A stretch of 64,000 nt of DNA from Inhella sp. (GTDB lineage: Bacteria; Pseudomonadota; Gammaproteobacteria; Burkholderiales; Burkholderiaceae_C): positions 42,943-106,942 of the forward strand of contig JAYRUQ010000002.1 of the NCBI GenBank assembly GCA_041919015.1, written 5' to 3'. The position numbers and the translations under genes are program-made. The notes below the pieces were generated by a model. That model worked only from the letters and a program-made list of their open reading frames with translations. It was not told the DNA's origin and ran no database searches. This document shows, piece after piece, positions 10,218-18,749 of the stretch (position 1 is the first letter of the stretch; the number at the start of each line of letters is the position of its first letter).

Positions 10218-11213
10218 TCAGGGGCGCAGCAGCAGCGAGCCGGTGGTGTTGCGCGACTCCAGGTCGCGGTGCGCCTGCGCCGCGTCCGCCAGCGCGTAGC
10301 GCCGGTCGATATGCGGCTTCACGGCGCCGCTGGCCAGCACGGCGAACAGCTCGTCGGCCATCGCCTGCGTGGCCTCGCGGCTGGCCAGGTGGGTGAAGAG
10401 CGTCGCCCGCGTCAGATACAGCGAGCCCTTGGGCCCGAGGATGCCGGGGCTGAAGGGCGGCACCGGTCCGCTGGCATTGCCGAAGCTGGCCAGCAGGCCG
10501 AAGGGCGCGAGGCAGTCCAGCGAGCCCTCGAAGCTGTCCTTGCCCACCGAGTCGTAGACCACCTTGACGCCGCGCCCGCCGGTGAGTTCACGCACGCGCT
10601 CGACGAAGTTCTCGCTGCGGTAATTGATGGCGTGCGCGGCGCCGTGCTGCAGCGCAAGCTGGCACTTGGGGTCGCTGCCGGCGGTGCCGATCAGCCGGTA
10701 GCCCAGGTGCCTCGCCCACTGGCAGGCCAGCAGGCCCACGCCACCCGCGGCGGCGTGCCAGAGGATGAAGTCGCCCGGCTGCAGGCCCTGCACCGGCAGG
10801 GTCTTGCGCAGCAGGTACTGCACGGTCAGGCCCTTGAGCATGGCGGCCGCGGCGGTCTCGAAGTCCACCGCGTCGGGCAGGCGACAGACGTTTTGCGCCG
10901 GCATCAGGCGCGCGGCCGCATAGGCGCCGGGTGGTTGGCTGGCGTAGGCGGCACGGTCGCCCGCCTGCAGGTGCGTGACGCCTTCGCCGACCGCCTCGAC
11001 CACCCCCGCGCCCTCCATGCCCAGTGCATGCGGCAGCGCCAGCGGGTACAGGCCGCTGCGGTGGTAGCAGTCGATGAAGTTCACGCCGATGGCGTGGTGG
11101 CGGATGCGGATCTGGCCCGGACCGGGCTCGCCCACCGGACGGTCTTCGAGCAGCAGGGCCTCGGGCCCGCCGGGCTGGTGGATCACGACGGTCGGGTTGT
11201 GCATGGCGTTCAT
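10218..11213 (-). CDS. qor: NADPH:quinone oxidoreductase (zeta-crystallin/MDR family)
   Basis: GGPEAL, GVNFID, HAAAGGVG, VYDSVGKD, FGNASG; start overlaps the phosphatase stop. Confidence 0.88.
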   Translation of the reverse strand: MNAMHNPTVVIHQPGGPEALLLEDRPVGEPGPGQIRIRHHAIGVNFIDCYHRSGLYPLALPHALGMEGAGVVEAVGEGVTHLQAGDRAAYASQPPGAYAAARLMPAQNVCRLPDAVDFETAAAAMLKGLTVQYLLRKTLPVQGLQPGDFILWHAAAGGVGLLACQWARHLGYRLIGTAGSDPKCQLALQHGAAHAINYRSENFVERVRELTGGRGVKVVYDSVGKDSFEGSLDCLAPFGLLASFGNASGPVPPFSPGILGPKGSLYLTRATLFTHLASREATQAMADELFAVLASGAVKPHIDRRYALADAAQAHRDLESRNTTGSLLLRP

Positions 11214-11824
11214 CCTCCGGAATCGTCCAAGCTGCGCCTGAGGTGCTCGGTCAGGCCCCAGGCCTCGACCGCCCAGCCGCGCGGCGTGGCGCGCAGCCAG
11301 TTCAGTGCCGCGTTGGGCAGCGCGTGCTGGCGCGGGCTGTGCAGGTCCTGGTCGCTGGCCAGGCGGTAGGCCATGTCGAGCACGCCGCCATGGGCCACCA
11401 CCAGCACGCAGGCGCCGGCGTGGCGCAGGTCCTCGAGGGCGGCACGCACGCGCGCGGCAAACACTTCCACGCTCTCGCCACCGGGCGGCAGGTAGCCGGG
11501 GCGCCGCGCCTGCAGGTCCTCGTGGACGCGCGGCGCCACGGCGGCGATCTCGCCGCGCGTCAGGCCCTGCAGTTCGCCGTGGTGGCGTTCGCGCAGGCGT
11601 GCGTCGAGCGCCACCGGACGGCCGGCGGCGATGGCCTCGGCGGTGGCGCGCGCCCGCTGCAGCGGGCTGGCGACGATGGCGTCGAAGGCCACACCCTGCA
11701 GCGCCCGCGCGGCGGCGCGCGCCTGGCGCTCGCCCTCGGCGTTGAGCGCCACGTCGGTCCAGCCCTGCAGGCGTTGCTCGGCATTCCAGGCGGTCTCGCC
11801 ATGGCGGATCAGGCACAGCCTCAT
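11210..11824 (-). CDS. Histidine phosphatase (phosphoglycerate mutase family)
   Basis: RHGETAWN, LQGWTD, SPLQRARAT, GGES, VVAHGG. Confidence 0.9.
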   Translation of the reverse strand: MRLCLIRHGETAWNAEQRLQGWTDVALNAEGERQARAAARALQGVAFDAIVASPLQRARATAEAIAAGRPVALDARLRERHHGELQGLTRGEIAAVAPRVHEDLQARRPGYLPPGGESVEVFAARVRAALEDLRHAGACVLVVAHGGVLDMAYRLASDQDLHSPRQHALPNAALNWLRATPRGWAVEAWGLTEHLRRSLDDSGG

Positions 11825-12486
11825 GCGCGTCGCGCCCAGCGCTGCAGGCCCCAGCTGATGGCGGCGATCAGCGCCACCAGCGTCAGCACGAGCAGCCAGC
11901 CGGCCTGCGTCGGCTCGCGCAGCTGCTGCAGGATCTCGGGCGCCAGCCAGGCCGTCAGCGCGACCATCGGCAGCATGCCCACCAGGGTGCCGGCCAGAAA
12001 GGCCGGCCAGCGGATCGGTGTCACGCCCAGCATCAGATTGACCACGGCGAAGGGCGCCGCCGGCACCAGACGGGCGATGAAGACGGCCAGGAAGCCGCGC
12101 CGCGCCACCAGCGCGTTGAGCGCCTGCAGCTTCGGTCCGGCGCCGCTGAGCAGCTTGGCGACCGCATCGCGACCCAGCAGCGCTCCGGCGCCGAAGCTCA
12201 GCAGGCCGACGCAGGCGCCCACCAGCAGGCTGCTCAGCGCGCCGTCCAGCGGGCCCTGCAGCAACACCGCCAGCAGCACGATCATCGACAGCGGCACGGC
12301 CAGGCAGCCGGCCGCGACGAACAGCGCGAACTGGGCCCCCCAGCTGACGCGCGCGGCACGCTGCAGCAGCAGGTCGGGGTCGAGCTGCCGGCCCGCCGGC
12401 GTGAACTGCCACAGCAGCGCCAGCAGCACCAACAGGCTGGCCAGGAGCAGGAGGAGCTGAAGGCGGCGGCGGTGTTCGGGGCTCAA
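11821..12486 (-). CDS. DedA/VTT (TVP38/TMEM64) membrane protein
   Basis: Several hydrophobic helices; ARLVPAAPFAVVN and FLAGTLVGMLP motifs; TTG start overlapping the NRPS TGA (alternative ATG at 12528). Confidence 0.82.
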   Translation of the reverse strand: MSPEHRRRLQLLLLLASLLVLLALLWQFTPAGRQLDPDLLLQRAARVSWGAQFALFVAAGCLAVPLSMIVLLAVLLQGPLDGALSSLLVGACVGLLSFGAGALLGRDAVAKLLSGAGPKLQALNALVARRGFLAVFIARLVPAAPFAVVNLMLGVTPIRWPAFLAGTLVGMLPMVALTAWLAPEILQQLREPTQAGWLLVLTLVALIAAISWGLQRWARRA

Positions 12487-15400
12487 GGGCGGGCGAGGGC
12501 TTCGAGGCGCAGGGCGCGGCGCAGGCATTGTGCAAGCCCGTGCACGCGGCCGGGCTCGAACACCGAACCGTGCAGGCCCTCGACCTCCTCCTCCTGCAGC
12601 CGCAGCAGCTTGCGCCAGGGCCCGAAGCACAGGCCCTGCCAGCGCGCCAGGCCCGAGCTGCGCAGCAGGCGCACCGGCCCGTCGTAGGCCTGCACGCGGT
12701 GGCGGTGCAGCGCCAGCACCTGGCCGACCAGGGCAGCGTCCTTGAACATCGCACCCAGGCGCCGGCCGTTCATGCTGAGCTCCTGCACGGTCAGGCTGCG
12801 CGTCAGCCAGCCGAGCAGGCGCCACAGCGAGGGACGGCGGAACAGCCAGCGCGGGTAGACGCTGTCGATCAGCAGCAGCTCGCTCACCGCGACGCCCTGC
12901 GTCTGCAGCCAGCGCGCGGTCTCCAGCGCCGTCACCCCGCCCACCGAGAAGCCGGCCAGCCACACCGGCGCCCCTGCGCTCCGCTGGGCCTCGATGTGCC
13001 GTCCGTAGCGGGCGGCCAGTTCGGCGATGCCCTGCACCGCCAGACCGGGCGGCGGTTGCAGCATCTGCACCCGGACCTGCGGCGCCAGCGCCTCGGCCAG
13101 GCGCTCGAAGCGCAGCCGGTCGCCGTGGCCGCTGGCGGCGATGTAGAGCGTCGGTGCCTCGGCAGGTGCCGGACCGAGCGCCAGGGCCAAGGCGGGGCCC
13201 GACTCGGCCGGCGCGCTCAATCGCCGCGCCAGCAGCGCCACGCTGGGCGCCTGGGCGAGCAGGCCGAGGTCGGCGTGCAGGCCGGTGCGCTGCTCGATGG
13301 CGGTCAGCCAGTCAAGCGCCGCCAGGCTGTCGCCGCCGCTGGCAAAGAAGTCGTCGTCGACGCCGAGCTGCGGCTGCTGCAGCACGGCGCGCAGCTGCGT
13401 CAGCAGCTCGCGCTCGAGCGCGTTGGCGGGCTCGCGGCGAGCGCCCTCGGCGCCGCGTTCGGGCCGCGGCAGCGCCTGGGTGTCGAGCTTGCCGCTGGCG
13501 TGGCGCGGCAGCGCCGCCAGCAGCGTCCAGCCCGAGGGCAGCAGCGCCTCGGGCAGGCGCCGGCGCGCGGTGGCCTGCAGCTCGGCCAGATTCAGATGGG
13601 CCGGCGCCAGCCAGGCATGCAGGCGCGCCGGTTCGTCCACCGCGGCCACATGCACCTCCTGCACGCCGGGCAGTTCGAGCAGGCGCGCCTCGACCTCGCC
13701 GGGTTCGACGCGCTGGCCGCGGATCTTCAGCTGGCGGTCGGCGCGCCCGAGAAATTGCAGGCGGCCGTCGCCGTCGAGCAGGCCGCGGTCGCCGCTGCGG
13801 TACATCCGCCCACCCGGCACGAAGGGGTCGGCGACGAAGCGCGCGCTGCTGGCTGCGGCGTCGTTCAGATAGCCCAGCGCCAGGGTGGGGCCGCCCAGCC
13901 AGATCTCACCCGGCGTGCCGAAGGGCAGCGGCTGCAGCTGCGCGTCGAGCACGTAGACGCGGCTGCCGTCGACCGGCGAGCCGACCGGCAGCTGCGCCGC
14001 CGTCTCGCCGTCGCGGCACAACCAGGCGCTGGCAAAGATGCAGGCCTCGGTGGGACCGTAGACATTCCACAGCTGGGCGCGCGTCAGGTCGATCCAGCGC
14101 TGCGCGAGCGCCGGCGCCAGCACCTCGCCGCCGCAGCAGGCCACGCGCAGGCGCAGCCGGCCGCGTTCGGTCTCGCCGAGCGCCTCGATGCCGTCGAGCA
14201 GGCGGGCCAGGGTGGTGGGCACCAGGGCCGCGAAGCTGCAGCCGTGGCGCGCCGCGAAGGCGGCGAACTGCTGCGGGGCCACCCGGCCGGGGGCCGGCAA
14301 GGCCACGCTGGCGCCCAGGGTGAGCGGCAGCAGCAGCTCGATGAGGGCCGGGTCGAAGCTGGCCTGCGTGCTTTGCAGGCTGCGGTCGGCGGGCCCCAGG
14401 TCCCAGACCCGCGCCAGCCAGGCGAAGCGCCGCGCCAGCGCGCCATGCGGCACGGCCACCAGCTTGGGGACGCCGGTCGAGCCGCTGGTGAAGAGGGCGT
14501 AGGCGGCGTCCTGCTCGGCCGGGAAGGGCGGCAGCTCGGCGTCGCTGGGGCTGTCCAGCGTGGCGTCGGGCGCCAGCCGGCCCGGATGCAGCGCGGCCAG
14601 GCCGGGCTCGCCCAACCAGAGCCGGGCGTCGAGCTGGCGCAGCAGCGCCTGCAGGCGCTCGGCCGGCCACTCGGGGTCGAGCGGCACGAAGCAGGCACCG
14701 GCGCGCGCCGCGCCGAGCAGGGCCACCAGCAGCGCCGCCCCGCGCGGCAGCAGCAGCGGCAGCAGCTGGCCGCGCTGCAGGCCGGCGTCCAGCAGCTGGC
14801 GCGCCAGGCGCCGTGCCGCGCGGCCCAGTTCGCCGTAGTCGAGCCGGCCGCCGTCCCACAGCGCCGCGACGGCCAGCGGGTGCAGGGTGGCCATGACGCT
14901 GAAGCGCTCGATGAAGCTGGGCGCCAGCGCCTGCGTGGCAAGGTCACGGTGCAGGCCCTCGAGCACCGCCTCGCGCTCCGCCGCCGGCAGCAGCGGCAGG
15001 CTGGCCAGCGGCGCGTCGGGCTGCTCGGCAAAGGCCTGCGCGCCGGCCACCACGCGGCGCGCCAGCAGCGCCAGCGCGCGTTCGTCGAAATGCTGTTCGC
15101 TGCCTTCGAACACCAGCTCCAGGTCGTGGCCGGCGCCGAACTCGCACAGCGTGATCGACAGCGGGTAACGCGCCAGACCGCTGAACAGCTGGTGCGTGCG
15201 CTGCACGCCTGCGGCGCCGAAGCGCAGCCCGTAGTCCTGGCGCTCGAAGGACAGCAGCAACTCGAAGGCGGCGTCGCGCCCCTGGCGGGCCAGGCCAAGC
15301 TGGCGCGCCAGCAGGCTGGCCGGAAAGCGCGCGTGGCGCAGTGCCTGGCGCATCTGGCGCGCCGCCTGCGCGGCCAGCTCGCGGGGCGTGCCGGCCGCCG

Positions 15401-16310
15401 CCAGGCGCAGGTGCAGCGGCAGCACGCCGACCTGCATGCCCAGCGCCTGGCGCTCGGCGGCGCCCGAGCGGTTCAGGGTCGGCACGCCGATCAGCACCTC
15501 GTCCTGGTCGGCCAGGCGGCCGAACTGCCAGGCCAGCACCGCGGCCAGCGTGGCGAACTCGGTCTGCTGCGCCGAGGCGGCCAGTCCGCGCCAGCGCTGG
15601 TAGTCGGCTCGCGCCAGCGGCAGCGCGTGCAGCAGGGCCGCCGGCAGGCAGCGTGGCCCCGGGGGTGTGGCGTGGCGTGCGCGAATCAGTGGCGGCGGCA
15701 GGGCCGGCAGTTCGGCGGCCCAGAAGGCGGCGTCGCGCGCCAGGTGGGACGGACCGTCGCGGTAAACCTGGTCCTCCTGCAGGTGGCGCACAAAGGCCTC
15801 GGCGTCGGTGGCGGGTGGCGCCACGCCGTCGACCCGGGCGCTGTAGAGCTCGGACCAGCGGCGCATGAATTGCGCGCTGCCCCAGCCGTCGAGCACGCTG
15901 TGGTGGGCCAGCAGCAGGATGGCCGAGCGCCCGGTGCCGAAGCGCAGCCAGCCGGCGCGCCAGGGCGGCGCGGTGGCCGGGTCCCAGGGCTCGCGCAGCC
16001 ATTGCGCCCAGGTGCGGCGCAGCTGGCGGTCGCTATCGGTGTCGGTGTCGGTGCCTTCGAAATCAGCGCGCCACAGGCTCACCGGCTGCTCGTCCGCGGC
16101 GAGCAGGCGCTGTCCGCTCAGGGCGGGCAGCAGGCGCAGCGCCGGCTGCTCGGCGGCCAGATCGCGCAGCGCCGCCTCCAGCAGCGCCTCGTCGATTTCG
16201 CCCTGCAGCAGCGAGTAGCCGCCGATCAGCAGGTGCCGGCTGCCCGGCCAGGCGCGCTGGTCCTGCAGCACCTCGTGCTGCGCCAGACCCAGGGGGACCG
16301 GGGTGCTCAA
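12483..16310 (-). CDS. Monomodular non-ribosomal peptide synthetase (C-A-T-TE)
   Basis: C: HHSVLDG. A: FTSGSTGVPK, NVYGPTE, YRSGD, KIRGQRVEPGE, SGKLD. T: FFASGGDSL. TE: GFSVG and H in GLHGSVF. TTG start overlaps the patatin stop. Confidence 0.92.
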   Translation of the reverse strand: MSTPVPLGLAQHEVLQDQRAWPGSRHLLIGGYSLLQGEIDEALLEAALRDLAAEQPALRLLPALSGQRLLAADEQPVSLWRADFEGTDTDTDSDRQLRRTWAQWLREPWDPATAPPWRAGWLRFGTGRSAILLLAHHSVLDGWGSAQFMRRWSELYSARVDGVAPPATDAEAFVRHLQEDQVYRDGPSHLARDAAFWAAELPALPPPLIRARHATPPGPRCLPAALLHALPLARADYQRWRGLAASAQQTEFATLAAVLAWQFGRLADQDEVLIGVPTLNRSGAAERQALGMQVGVLPLHLRLAAAGTPRELAAQAARQMRQALRHARFPASLLARQLGLARQGRDAAFELLLSFERQDYGLRFGAAGVQRTHQLFSGLARYPLSITLCEFGAGHDLELVFEGSEQHFDERALALLARRVVAGAQAFAEQPDAPLASLPLLPAAEREAVLEGLHRDLATQALAPSFIERFSVMATLHPLAVAALWDGGRLDYGELGRAARRLARQLLDAGLQRGQLLPLLLPRGAALLVALLGAARAGACFVPLDPEWPAERLQALLRQLDARLWLGEPGLAALHPGRLAPDATLDSPSDAELPPFPAEQDAAYALFTSGSTGVPKLVAVPHGALARRFAWLARVWDLGPADRSLQSTQASFDPALIELLLPLTLGASVALPAPGRVAPQQFAAFAARHGCSFAALVPTTLARLLDGIEALGETERGRLRLRVACCGGEVLAPALAQRWIDLTRAQLWNVYGPTEACIFASAWLCRDGETAAQLPVGSPVDGSRVYVLDAQLQPLPFGTPGEIWLGGPTLALGYLNDAAASSARFVADPFVPGGRMYRSGDRGLLDGDGRLQFLGRADRQLKIRGQRVEPGEVEARLLELPGVQEVHVAAVDEPARLHAWLAPAHLNLAELQATARRRLPEALLPSGWTLLAALPRHASGKLDTQALPRPERGAEGARREPANALERELLTQLRAVLQQPQLGVDDDFFASGGDSLAALDWLTAIEQRTGLHADLGLLAQAPSVALLARRLSAPAESGPALALALGPAPAEAPTLYIAASGHGDRLRFERLAEALAPQVRVQMLQPPPGLAVQGIAELAARYGRHIEAQRSAGAPVWLAGFSVGGVTALETARWLQTQGVAVSELLLIDSVYPRWLFRRPSLWRLLGWLTRSLTVQELSMNGRRLGAMFKDAALVGQVLALHRHRVQAYDGPVRLLRSSGLARWQGLCFGPWRKLLRLQEEEVEGLHGSVFEPGRVHGLAQCLRRALRLEALARP

Positions 16311-18136
16311 TTCCCGTGGGGCAGGGCGCCGCGGTCCCAACCCTGGATGGCCTGGCGTGCGTACTCGTAGCCGGCTTCGACGATCTGCCCGGCCTGCTTG
16401 TAGGCCATCAGCGAGAAGCCGCTGACCGGGGGTTCGAGGTAGAAGTCGGACTGCGCGCGTGTGCGGTCGCGCTGCACCATGCCGCCGATGTGGCCGGCGC
16501 GGTAGAGGATCTGGCCGATCGAGGGCAGTGGCGACTGCGACTTCAGGCTGGCGCGCAGCTTGTCGCGCGCCCCCATGCGCTGCAGGTCCAGCTCGACCGT
16601 CATCGGCTCGGCCACGTCGACGTCGATGGCGATCACCGTGCCGTTGCCGCGCCGCCGCTCCAGACGCGCGCCGAGGCGGCGGCGCATCGCCTCCACCGGC
16701 ACGTTGTCGAGGATGGCGCCGTCCACCAGCAGGTCACCGCGGTAGGGCACCGGGGGCAGCAGGCCGGCCGGGCTGTTGGAGGCCAGCACGGCGCGCCACA
16801 TCGGGCCCTCGTCGAGCACCGTGGTGCAGGCCCGGCTGAGGTTGCAGGCGGCGGTGAAGAAGGGCAGCCACAGCGCGTCCATCTGCGCATCCACGCCACC
16901 GGCCATGCACAGGCGCCTGATGCCCTGCTCCATGCGCCGTCCCGACAGCAGCGAGACCATCGGCAGGGTCGGGCGCTCGCCGTTCGCGGCGAAGCTCTGG
17001 ATGCGTTCGCGGATGGCGTCCAAGCCGTGGCCCAGCGTCCACTGCGAGGCGATCAGCGCGCCCATGCTGTTGCCGCCGATCAGGTCGATGGGGATGCCGG
17101 CCTCGCCCAGCGCCTGCAGCACGCCCAGGTGCGCGAAACCGCGCGCGCCGCCGCCGCCCAGCACCACGCCGACCGCCTGATTGGTGAGGAAGCGCGCCAG
17201 CCGTGCGGCGTCCCCGAGATGGTGCTGGCGCAGCGGCAGCACGCGTTCCAGTTCGTGGCGCTCCTTCAGCCAGGGGCGCTGCGACTGCGGCAGCAGCACC
17301 TCGGGCGCGTGCAGCAGGGCCAGCTGCTGGCGCTTGTAGTTGAAGCCGGGCTCCTCGCGCAGGCGGCGCTCGAAGCTGCCGATCATGGGGCTGCTGCCCG
17401 CCGGGGCGACGAACACCACCTGGTCGGCCTGGCGCACCGCAAAGCGCGTCCAGGCGCTCAGATGCGGCTCGGCGCGGATCAGCAGCACCTCGGCGGCCTG
17501 TTCCCACTGGTCGAAGCGGCGCATGGCCTGCACCAGGTCCTGGTCGCCGGCCGTCGGTCCCTGTGGCTGCAGCAGGCGCACGGCGCCGGCCGGTGCCAAC
17601 GCCGCCTGCAGCGCCAGCGCCAGCTCGTCCAGCCCCTCGGTGGGCGCCAGCGGCACCAGGGCGATGGTCATGGCGCGCTGCGGCTCGACCGGCTTGGGGC
17701 TATGGCGCAGGTAGCGCACCAGGGCCTGCGAGAACACCTGGTTGAAGCGCACCGGGTCGTGGTGCAGCAGGGCCTCGAAGCCGGCCTGGTCGAGCCAGGC
17801 CACCACCGAGTCGCGCAGCGCCGAGACGTCGGCCGGGCGCGGCTGGCGCAGCATCAGCCCGGCCTCGCCCTGGCATTCGCCCGGTCCCAGTTCGTTGAAC
17901 AGCAGCAACTCGCCCTGCGGACCGTGACGCGTCACGCGCAGCCGGCCGGCGAACACCACGATCAGGCTGTCGGCGGCCGAACCCTCGTGCAGCACCATCT
18001 CGCCGGCCGCCACCGTCTGCACACGCAGCTGCTGCTGCAGGAACTGCAGCGCGCTCTCGGGCAGCGCGCCGAACACCGGGCTGGCGCGCAGCACCTGCAA
18101 CTGCTGTTCGGCGTTGGGCAGCGGGTTCTCGCTCAT
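16307..18136 (-). CDS. Cyclic-nucleotide-binding patatin-like phospholipase (NTE family)
   Basis: N-terminal cNMP domain (GPGECQGE...PRPADV); patatin motifs GGGGARG, GNSMG, DGA. Confidence 0.9.
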   Translation of the reverse strand: MSENPLPNAEQQLQVLRASPVFGALPESALQFLQQQLRVQTVAAGEMVLHEGSAADSLIVVFAGRLRVTRHGPQGELLLFNELGPGECQGEAGLMLRQPRPADVSALRDSVVAWLDQAGFEALLHHDPVRFNQVFSQALVRYLRHSPKPVEPQRAMTIALVPLAPTEGLDELALALQAALAPAGAVRLLQPQGPTAGDQDLVQAMRRFDQWEQAAEVLLIRAEPHLSAWTRFAVRQADQVVFVAPAGSSPMIGSFERRLREEPGFNYKRQQLALLHAPEVLLPQSQRPWLKERHELERVLPLRQHHLGDAARLARFLTNQAVGVVLGGGGARGFAHLGVLQALGEAGIPIDLIGGNSMGALIASQWTLGHGLDAIRERIQSFAANGERPTLPMVSLLSGRRMEQGIRRLCMAGGVDAQMDALWLPFFTAACNLSRACTTVLDEGPMWRAVLASNSPAGLLPPVPYRGDLLVDGAILDNVPVEAMRRRLGARLERRRGNGTVIAIDVDVAEPMTVELDLQRMGARDKLRASLKSQSPLPSIGQILYRAGHIGGMVQRDRTRAQSDFYLEPPVSGFSLMAYKQAGQIVEAGYEYARQAIQGWDRGALPHGN

Positions 18137-18331
18137 TCAGGCCCGACGGTGACACAAAACCCACCCCGTGCCCTTGCGGGTTTGCGCGGCGTCGCTGCCC
18201 GGCAGGGGCTGCATCCGCCCGTGCAGCCCCTCCCAAGGGCATTCCCTTCCCCCTTTTGGGGGCCCCCAAACATCGGATGGTCGGCGCGGGCCGCCTTGCC
18301 GAGCATGGCGCCATCCAACCAGGAGCTTGAT

Positions 18332-18613
18332 ATGCAGTTCGAAGAAGTGGACGCCGGTGACTTTCGCATCTACGCCGGGGCGCTCGAGCGCCGTGGCGGC
18401 GGCTACTGCGCCGCCGTGGTGGTGGTGCGCCAGCGCGCCGACGGCCGGCGCGAGGAGGTGTTCCGCGACGAGGACATCGGCGCGGGCTACCCCTGGCCCA
18501 ACGGCGAGGAGGCGCTGCGCTACGCGGTGCAGCGCGGTCAGGACATCGTGATGACCCGCACCGACCTGCTGGCGCGCGCCGCCGCCACCCCGCTGCGCCG
18601 CACGGCGGCCTGA
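18332..18613 (+). CDS. Hypothetical protein, 93 aa
   Basis: AGGAG RBS before ATG; typical GC3 codon usage; MQFEEVDAGDFRIYAGALE... Confidence 0.75.
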   Translation: MQFEEVDAGDFRIYAGALERRGGGYCAAVVVVRQRADGRREEVFRDEDIGAGYPWPNGEEALRYAVQRGQDIVMTRTDLLARAAATPLRRTAA

Positions 18614-18657
18614 GGACATGAGGGTTTGACGGTCCGGCGGTCGGAGCGTTGGCTTCC

Positions 18658-18693
18658 CGACCGTCGTTCGGCCCCACGCGACCGCCATCCGTC
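18658..18693 (+). promoter_or_regulatory. Candidate LytTR direct-repeat binding site
   Basis: CGACCGTCGTTCGGC and CGACCGCCATCCGTC at 21-bp period upstream of the LytS/LytTR pair. Confidence 0.35.
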
Positions 18694-18749
18694 GCGCCGT
18701 TCGGGCCGCGCCGCCCCGGGCGCCCCCTGCGCTGGCTATCGTGCCGGCC

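Noticed and set aside
12528-16370. 1280-aa plus-strand ORF
   Set aside because: Antisense shadow of the NRPS; no recognisable motifs; long shadows are expected at this GC content
16307-18136. CBASS/Pycsar call for the cNMP-patatin
   Set aside because: No nucleotidyltransferase or cyclase adjacent; architecture is NTE-like
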